Of a stretch of DNA of 64,000 bases, positions 54,740 through 64,000 are shown piece after piece (within the stretch, counting starts at the first letter, position 1; each line of letters begins with the position of its first letter). The position numbers were made by a program, and so were the translations under genes. Where the stretch lies: the NCBI GenBank assembly GCA_951406725.2, contig OX597814.1, forward strand, positions 138,508,001 through 138,572,000, in the 5' to 3' direction. The DNA is from Octopus vulgaris. Taxonomy: Eukaryota. The notes below the pieces were generated by a model. That model was not told where the DNA came from. It did not search any database and saw nothing but the letters and a program-made list of their open reading frames with translations.

Positions 54740-55133
54740 TATGAGCAGAAAAAATAAATAAACAAAAGTAGGTGTAAATGAACGTGTCAGAAAACGTTAG
54801 GTCAAATGTATTCAGGAATATTATCGGTCTAAACCAATCTAATATGACATATACAGAAATAATAAAAACTCCTTAAGAAAGACCAAGTGTAAACATAGTC
54901 GTGTCTTTAATGTAACATGTATGAAATACTGTTCCCAATATATATAATACGTAAACGAAATAGCAACATCATGCTTCTTGTTATCCTCTCACAATAGACG
55001 AGCTCTTCATACTTTGGAAAGCCTTATAGAGTTTGCAGGTTCTTCTCTCGGATCACGTAACAGAGGGAGTTTAATGTCGATGCACATCTAGCGCATTCAC
55101 TTCCACTTTACAGAAATGTACGTATGAACGTAC

Positions 55134-55164
<31 letters not shown>

Positions 55165-56603
55165 TGTATGTATGTATGTATGTATGTATGTATGTATGCA
55201 TGCATGCATGTATGTATGCATGTATGTATGTATGCATGTATGTATGTATGTATGCATGCATGTATGTATGCATGTATGTATGTATGTATGTATGTATGTA
55301 TGTATGCATGAATGTATGCATGTATGTATGTTGTATACACACAAAGCATATATAGTGAGAGAGACAGAGAGAGACAGACAAATAGACAGATAGATAATGT
55401 ACGAACACAAATGTATGTATATACATATGTGCGTGTACATGTGTGTTTGTGTATGTGTGTATGTGTGTGTGTGTGTGCGTGTGTGTGTGTGTGTGTGCGC
55501 CTTGTCTCAGTATGTAGTTTGCTTAATGGTAGTTTTTTTTTCTTTTTATACGCAACTTTGAAATATTACGAAGAGAGATAATGAAAACTATTATATTTTC
55601 GAAAGAAACTAATTTCTCCTACAGTGAATTGCTGCCAGCATTAGTCGTCTTTCTTTCTATTTCCCATTGTTTATAGACTTTGGATAATCAACTCTTCAAA
55701 CTGATTGACGTGTTACAATGAGAAATTAAAAAATATTACATTGTCAATAACTGTTTTTAACGTTTTCAATTCTAAGGAATTTTTCTAGATTAGCGTAAAG
55801 AGGTATCAATCTTTTGAGAGAAAATACACTTCTCATCTTCAAACTATCTTGCATGTTTTCTTTTTCATGCTTTGTTAGTTCTGAGCAAATGGCAGGTCGA
55901 ATGCTTGTGTAATTTTCGAGAAGAATCTAAAGACTTCAGTTAGTTTCGTGTCAATATTGTTTTAATTGTCTTTCTCTCTCTCTCTCTGAGCTTAGAATTT
56001 GCCATAATGAAAAGTGCAAAGCATTATTTTCAAAGGGCAGCAGAATTCGAATTGAAATCTTTGTCATAATTCTTTGATCTTGGAAGTTAAGGATGAGGAA
56101 TAGTTGTGATGTTTAGATAAGGCGACACAAGCGCATAAAAAAGAAAAACCTGTTGAAAATCAAATCTAAATGAGAGTCAAACTTCTAAGGAGATCCGATA
56201 TTATTATTGACAGCTAACAGCTATTAAGCTCGTGACTAAAGTTTAAAAAGCAAACGAATGGGACTGAATAATTTTGGGGCACAAACGTGTAATATTTTAT
56301 CGAAGTATTTTCATAAGGCTAATTTTTCTATGATTGAGGCTGTTGTTCTCTTTAATCGCTTTCATTAAATTAAAAGCATTTCTTTATTAGATTCCAGAGA
56401 AATGGGAAACAAAGTCGAGCCCAGCGGAATTCTCTCTTTACGAAACACTTATGATGAAAATGAATTTTATCAAATACTTTGCATCTTGTGGTATCTTCAT
56501 TGAAAGAAGCACATATATACAAACGATTCATTGGTTTATACTAAGAGAAAGTCTGCCCTCCAAACGGATTTGTGCTTGTCGCTTTGATAAGGTTATACAT
56601 TAC

Positions 56604-56920
56604 GGCGCATGGCTCAGTGGTTAGATCGTGAGGTTGTGAGCTCGAATCCCGGACCGGGCTGCGTGTTGTGTTCTTGAGCAAGGCACTTTATTTCATGTTG
56701 CTCCAGTTCACTCAGCTGTAGAAATGAGTTGCGACGTCACTGGTGCCAAGCTGTACCAGCCTTTGTTTTTCCCTTGGATAACATCGTTGGCGTGGAGAGG
56801 GAAGGCTGGTATGCATGGACGACTGCTGGTCTTCCATAAACAACCTTGCCCGGACTTGTGTCTAGGAGGGTAACTTTCTAGGTGCAATCCCATGGTAATT
56901 CATGACCGAAGGGGGTCTTT
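56604..56920 (+). mobile_element. tRNA-derived SINE family D
   Basis: ggcgcatggctcagtggttag (A box), ctcgaatcccgg (B box), then ttcttgagcaaggcacttta core and a distinct tail. Confidence 0.85.
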
Positions 56921-57107
56921 ATGTACGTATGTATGTACCTATGTATATATGTATGCATGCATGTATGTATGCATGTATGTATGTATGTATGTCTGTCTGT
57001 ATGTATGTATGTACGTATGTGCGTATGTATGTACGCATGTATGTATGTATGTATGTATGTATGTATGTATGTATGTATGTATGTATGTATGTATGTATGT
57101 ATGTATG

Positions 57108-57779
57108 TGCAGACTTGTATGTTTTATGTATGTTTTCTCGTGCGTATAATTCCATATGTAGATATGCTCATATATATATAAATGATAAACTTCTGGAAAT
57201 TTTTACTGATATTTGCAGTTCCAGTGATGGATTGGATCTGTATTCTTCGAATTATCTTTCTCCTTTCTCGTTTTGAGAAGCCTAATTTCTCAAGATTCGT
57301 ATTTATGCAGTGTGTTACATACACCTGAACTTGTAATCTGGATAGAGTAACTGCATATTTCTCAATAGTTCATCATAGGCGTTCTCTTTTTTCACTGATC
57401 TTCAGCTTCATGTTAACATCCGCTGGGTAGCTAATTTCAATAACTGTGCACAATTTTTCTTCTCTATCCCAAATCATTATATCAGGTCTGTTGTGCTTAG
57501 ATTTTACTGATGTCTTCACTGGTGCATTCCACCAGTTTTCCTTTTTATTATGAGTGTCTATGGCTTCCACCATATTTTGGATTCTTATTTCTTTGTCCTC
57601 GAGATGACATATTCAGACAACTGCTTATGATGCGGGTGATATCTTCAGTGTGAACTCCACAAAGTCTACATCGGTTGTCACATTTTACGGCTTTTCCTGC
57701 ATCTCTGTCCCTTTTGTGCATTAGGTTCTTAGTTAATATTTCCTGTTCCTGGATTGCAAAAACATACCCTTCCAAGTGG
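57108..57779 (-). mobile_element. 5'-truncated RLE non-LTR retrotransposon in (CATA)n
   Basis: EGYVFAIQEQEI...CRLCGVHTEDITRIISSC (CCHC knuckle, H>R), KHNRPDIMIWDREEKLCTVIEISYP (PD-(D/E)xK), and a C-terminus and 3' UTR homologous to 34076-34406. (TATG)n on both sides. Confidence 0.9.
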
Positions 57780-58564
57780 GTATGTATGTATGTATGTATG
57801 TATGTATGTATGTATGTATGTATGTATGTATGTATGTACATAAATAATGCATGCATGAATGTATGCATGTATGTGTATATATATATATATATATAGACAC
57901 AGACACAGACACACAGACACAGACACACACACGCACACACGTGCACACATAGATACACACACACACACGTGCACACACAATACATATATATATAATTATA
58001 TAGATAGATAGATAAATAGATAGGTGGTAGACAGATATCACAGGGGCCATAAAAATGGGAAAAATAAGTATTCTGCACAATAGACTTTAACCAGCGTTGC
58101 AGATGATTTTAACATAACTTTGTATACAAATATCCTAGTGGATAGAAAGTATATAGAGACAAGATGTTTACATCTGTCTGATGCATACAGTGTTGTTTAA
58201 ATTCTACAGATATACTCTGTGGTGCAGAATAACACTGAAACAAAACAATTACCTTTTCAATAAAACATTGTTATCGCACCAGTAATCTATTATAAAAAGC
58301 AAATGATTTAGGACAAGGAAAGTTTCAAAAGAGAGAAACAAAATATAATCGACACGGTGTAATTTCAAGACAAATAATATGGAATGCATTAATACGTATT
58401 TGGGCAGACTTGAAACTATATATATAGACAGAGTAAATAGAATTAAAAATACATTGAGATTTGTTGCTATGCACCGTTGGGAGAATGAATATTTTAGTTG
58501 TTTTGGATAGAACACATCTCCCATGAGCGAAAACGCCAACGTATCTTTCTTTTCTAGATTAGGC

Positions 58565-58890
58565 TCTGTAGTAAGGAAGCTCGCTTTGTAATCACATGGT
58601 TTCGGGTTCGATCCTACAATAAAGCACCTTGGGCAAGTGATTGCTTTTTTAGCCTCGGACTGACCAATGCCTTACGAGTGAATTTGGTAGATAGAAACCG
58701 TGTTGAATCCTGTCATATATATATTTATATTTTTGTATGCGCCTTTCCAAACGCTTGACAACCGGCGTAACTTAGCGGTCCGGCGAGACTTTAAATAATA
58801 GGTACTGGGATCAGTTTGTTCTACTAAAGACTCAAGGCGATGTCTCAGCATAGCTGTAAACCAATGACTGAAACAAGTAAACGATAAACG
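58565..58890 (+). mobile_element. Diverged SINE family A
   Basis: Head gtaaggaagctcgctttgtaatcacatggtttcgggttcgatcc...ccttgggcaagtg and tail caatgactgaaacaagtaaa. Confidence 0.8.
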
Positions 58891-59769
58891 ATCATGTAAG
58901 ATGAGCTACATTATTTAATATTTCCTTCCTGTAATAAAACAGTGGCGCCCCAGCATGGTCACCGCTCTCGAGTTGAAACTAGTAAAAAAATGTAAGTTGA
59001 GCGAAATTTGACTAGCATTTCTAGCAGGTTGACCAATCCTCCATTATTGGTTTTTGGAAATAGTTTTCTGGAAATGCTAAAACATTCATAGCCAAAGGGA
59101 AATATTTTCATGTTAACATTTAATCTACTAAAGCAAGCTACAATTATTTGCAGCTCTGTTCACCCAAGCGAATTTGTGTTGAAGTGCGTTATTTTACAGT
59201 TAAGTAAACCATACGAAACATCTATAATACCATACAGTGAATAGCAATATTCATAGCGGCAAAATTTGCATTACTGATATAAAAAAAAAAAAAACGTTGA
59301 CATGTCACAGTTCAGTATTTCTGTAACATGGATACATATTTACCCGGCAGATGTCGTGATGTGTCAGCGGTTATTAAACATAGAACCATCAAGTTGTGAA
59401 TTCCGGTTCATAACATTTGATAATGTTAATGTTCTCAATGTGACACTCACAAGGTTTGAGGTAGGATTTATTAACATTCAAATATAAAAGTATGAGGAAG
59501 GAATTTTGAGATGAATAAACGTATTAGTTTAACACAGGAGAATAGTAGAATGATTTACTTTTAACACGAGTAAATCGTTCCTTTCTTTGGTAACCTCAAA
59601 CCTTAGAGAATATGTTTATCTCTCGGAAACCTAAAACTACAACTCGGTTTCATTTTCCATTTGGCATTTCACTTCAATTATGCGGTTAATGCTCTTTCTA
59701 CATCCTACCCAGGAAAACGGAATTCTCCCATTTTCCCTACTCCTCACTCCTCAACATGACAGTGTAAAG

Positions 59770-59843
<74 letters not shown>

Positions 59844-60554
59844 GTATATGTATATATGTATGTAAACAAATATACACATATATATGCGCGTATGCATTCA
59901 TTTGCAAGTACAGATATAAAGTTAAGTATGTGTGTGTGGATACATAATCATTCATGTTATACACATATTTCAAGCAGCATATACAGTAACACAATAGCAA
60001 CCACAAAGTAAATAGAAGCGTATTCCCTGCTATGACATATACATGCATACACACGCGTGTGCGCCTTAACACCATCATAATACCACGCTATATCCCTCAA
60101 GACACAACAAAACTGCACTATCACACCAAACTAAGCAGGACACACATATATACACTCACTCTCCACAGCTACGTGCAGCCTCAGAGCTAATCTCATGCCG
60201 TACAATACACACATACGAGTCAGTTAATATACGAACACACGTAATCAAAGCTAAACAGTACCAGGGATATACACATTCACATAGCCACAGGTTACACATG
60301 CTAAACACACAGGCATGCATACAGATACTTTGTAATAATAGATTCATACATACAAGTCTCTCAATGTACACGTGCACGCTAAAAGTGAAATACATACACA
60401 CGGACATACATATACATACAAGAACACACAAGATCATGCAAGATGGCTCAGATTTACTGTCCCTGTTGTACGTATGAAATCTCTTTCCTTCCCCTTAACT
60501 TCTGTTCATTCTAATCAGCGGCAATTTTAAACGATACCTTACACACTATGAAAC

Positions 60555-60845
60555 ATTATAAAACTTAATTAATGGTGACAGACGCGGTTTTAATACCAAA
60601 ACCTAATATTTATCCCCACTTAAATGTGGAAGTTGTGTTCCGGCAGCAGTAGCGGACGGTTATCTCTCGCTTGCGATATAAAAACGAATGCTTATATACA
60701 GCACAAGTCCATATTAGAGATTCTCTCGTGGTAAATAACACAGTATTTTGAGTTCAAGAGCAACATTCACATTTAAGTGGGGATAAATATTACCTTTTTC
60801 TATCAATATTGCTTCTGTCGCTATTAATTACTTTTTAATAATACT
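60555..60845. repeat. Inverted repeat, MITE-like or fold-back element
   Basis: A perfect 25-bp IR (taatatttatccccacttaaatgtg at 60604-60628 / 60768-60792) with degenerate extensions on both sides. Confidence 0.75.
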
Positions 60846-60849
60846 ACAA

Positions 60850-61020
60850 GTCAATTGCATTGACCTCAGTATCTGATTGGTATTTCATTTCATCACCCAA
60901 AAGAGATGAAAGGAAAAGTTGGCTTAGATGGAATTTGAACTCAGATCATTAAGAGCTGAACTAAATGCCGCTAAGCATTTTATCGCACGCGCTAATGATT
61001 CTACCAGCTTGCCGCTTTAA
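60850..61020 (-). mobile_element. Diverged SINE family B
   Basis: gatgaaaggaaaagtt...gaatttgaactcaga...ccgctaagcatttt...gattctaccagcttgccgc. Confidence 0.7.
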
Positions 61021-61029
61021 CTATATTAT

Positions 61030-62335
61030 TGTTGTGGCAAGTGTCCTTGTATGCCCCCTTCTTTGTTTGGGCCCTTGTGGCTAATAAAGAAAAAGAGTCA
61101 TTGACACCCTGGAGGATTGGTAGAATGGACTAGCCGAACACTTATAAAGAGTAGTAGTCGAGTAGAGATTATTTTCGTATAACGAAGTACATCGTTAATT
61201 CTTTATTAGGCAGAGTATTAGAAGACAGAGTGGACGGCACAAGGACAAACAGAATGAAAGGTGAAATTATATAAAATAAAGGTGAAATGGCTACTCGAAC
61301 CCCACTCTCGAATGGTTACATTTAACTGTTTTTGTTTTCAGTTTTTATTAAATTTTCCTCATCAAAAATTTTACTTACTGTATTTTCTGGTTCAGATACT
61401 GTATTATGTCTTTGTAATTCTCGACGGGAGGTAGGGTTTCGTATTCTACCTCCTCTACTAACGAGTCAGTTAAGGAACCAAATCTTTATTTTAATTTTGT
61501 ATATTTCTCTCTGTCGATTAATATGCATTTGGCGTGTTCTGGTTTCGCCTCAGCCGGTAATCTCACTCTGATTACCGACTTAATCTTGGTAATCATGCGT
61601 TCGATTGCCGTGCTTTTGGCGTATGTCACATAATGTTAGCCTTGTGTTTTGGGGGGATTTTGTGTGTCTGTGTGTTTTCTTGCGAAGTACGTCGTATGAA
61701 TACATTTATTAAACCTCCGCTGTATAATTTATCTATACAAACCTGTGGCAGGATATAAAAGTGGCGACGAGATATTCGAAGCTTGCGTAGGACGCTTTAA
61801 TTTTTTTTTTGTATTTTTAAGAAAAAAATTATTTAACAGGGAAGGCTTGTTGGCTCGCGTGGTACAGTAGCAACAGCAACAGCAGCAGTTACAACTACAA
61901 GAGCAACAACAACAATACCAACAATTACTGAATGTAATGTTGAAGAAGTCTGAAAATACTTGAGGTTCATTCTCGTAAGACAGAGTAGCAAATTCAATTG
62001 GAGAATTTATTTATAACCCAATATCACCTATCACACAAGGTCAGTTCGCTTTTGGGCACTACTGGTAACGGGTAACCCAGTGTACTGGGTTACCTGTTGC
62101 ATCCACGGGGACATCGAGAAATTGATGAAATCTGGTAGAGGTTGCGCATTCGTCAGACAAATTGCCACCAGTAAAATACCTATCATGTCCCGTGAAAAGG
62201 CGGCAAGTCGACAGTAGTTGAGTTTTGCTAGTTGTGTTTTGTCCCGTCGCTAGAATGTAGTAAGGGTTCGATTCCCCTGCTCACAGTATATCAGATGCAG
62301 CTGTGCAGTGTTAACCAGGTAGGGGGATGTGATGA
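61030..62335 (+). mobile_element. Internally deleted Gypsy-like LTR retrotransposon (LTR, PBS, gag start, PPT)
   Basis: PBS-like TGGCGACGAG at 61762-61771 right after tataa(a)a. A gag-like remnant (EGLLARVVQ*QQQQQQ...SFS*DRVANSIGEFIYNP) lies at ~61840-62020, and a PPT-like AGGGGGA at 62321-62327 is followed by TG. The 5' boundary is uncertain. Confidence 0.6.
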
Positions 62336-62891
62336 AAGAAAAATAAATAAATATATTGGTTTCAAATGTTGGCACAAGGCCAGTGCTTAACTGGTACTTA
62401 CTTTATCGACCCAGAAAAGATGAAAGGCAAAATCGACCTCGTCAGAACTTTATGGTATATCACAATTAAAATATTACTAATTAGTTGAATACTCTGTAAT
62501 TACTTTAAGAAGGCTATGAAGATGAAAACCCATCAAAACTAGAACTCACACGATTTTAACTTGAGCATTTTATAATCCAAAGAAAATAAAGCAAAAACGA
62601 AACACGAATTAATGTTAGTTAACCATCGGTGAAATCTAATATTCAACAGTAACACATTCTTCATTCATTTACATAAGTTTTCTGTATATCAAGATAACAT
62701 TCTCTGTTGTGCTAAGATATTTTGAGTTGTAAGGTATACGTTATTCTCTAGCAGTGGTGGTTATTAATCGAGAGTGATAAAACGAAAAATGTTTTGAAAA
62801 GGAAAAAGGAATCGCTGATAATTTTAAAAATCGATTCTTGAAATGACTTTCCACTTTTTGATAGTGATTAAAATACGAGCAAATATGAGAA

Positions 62892-62996
<105 letters not shown>

Positions 62997-63047
62997 TACC
63001 TGTCTGTATCTGTGTGTATGTATGATATATATATTTGTATATATGGG

Positions 63048-63084
<37 letters not shown>

Positions 63085-64000
63085 GCACAGATATATATTT
63101 GTATATGTCTATATATATATGCATATACAAACGTACCTTATACACACATCTAGTTATGTGTGTATATGGGTGTCTAAGACTGCGCGTGTGCTCGGGTTTC
63201 AGTGCAAACGTTTGGATATGTGTATTATAATAATATTTACATAGGCATAACTCCCTTTTCTCCGCATCAATAAAGGTATTAAATGAATAAGAAAATTGCA
63301 ATTTAAAACTGCTTTGTGTCTTTCAACAATAATTTTTCCTCCCTTCACGAGAAACCAGAAAATCCACCTACTCTTTGCATTAGATTTATATCGATTACAG
63401 TTTCAATTGAGAAACAGTACTGATTTGATGCAATAAAATTATTTTATTGCGTGGTATCTATTTTCCCCTTATTACTGTGAATGAGATTACATTTTTGATT
63501 TCTCATCATTACTAATCTATATTTTGCTTGATAAATTGTTTTTAAATCTTGCTGAAATTTCTAGAACTATCCTCTCAGCCTACACAAAGAAGTGAAGTCT
63601 GTTTGTCACTTAAGTTGTCTAAAGCAAATAGAAATTGTGACATGTTCACGATTGCAGCTAAAGAAATATGGTCTTGGAAGAATGTATATTGATTTCTTTT
63701 GTGACTTGTGCAACCACCTAATAATATAGAAGTGAATAAAACAGCAAATTATCACTTTCATTGTTTACTTTTTATTAAGGACATATAACGTGTGAGGGAA
63801 GCAAATTATCCTTCGCTGTAGTCAGGGTAACATCGTTAGTGTCATGAAAGTAGGGAGCTACCTTTGAGTCATTGCTATTCCTAGGTTAGCACTGATCCGG
63901 GTTGCAACTCTTTCAGAAGGGTCGCTGTTATGGGTCAAATAGCAGAGACGGTGTTGTGGTTAAGGTAAGTGGCTCCCAGAACATGTCACGTGGCACACCA

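Overview
AT-rich eukaryotic non-genic DNA with very dense microsatellites ((TA)n, (CA)n, (CATA)n, (TAA)n, (GATA)n). The SINE families present suggest a coleoid cephalopod, probably Octopus (inference from recognition, not from a search). I find no credible host protein-coding exon, tRNA, rRNA or CRISPR array; most listed ORFs are microsatellite read-throughs. The window is a graveyard of mobile elements: tRNA-derived SINEs, CR1-, RTE-, L1/Tx1- and CRE-like LINE fossils, RLE-type (R4/Dong-like) non-LTR fragments, Penelope-like termini with minimal hammerhead motifs, a non-autonomous Helitron, a Helentron-type HINE, Tc1/mariner MITEs plus a decayed transposase, and a deleted Gypsy element. The most interesting pattern is that different retroelement families appear to partition by microsatellite. 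An RLE family sits in (CATA)n and also carries (CATA)n in its 3' UTR. Dong-like and non-coding elements sit in (TAA)n. Penelope-like termini sit in (TA)n, three times as long fold-back palindromes. There is also a retrozyme/pLTR-like ~355-nt unit with a near-canonical hammerhead at 38.9 kb. All calls are by eye and boundaries are approximate.
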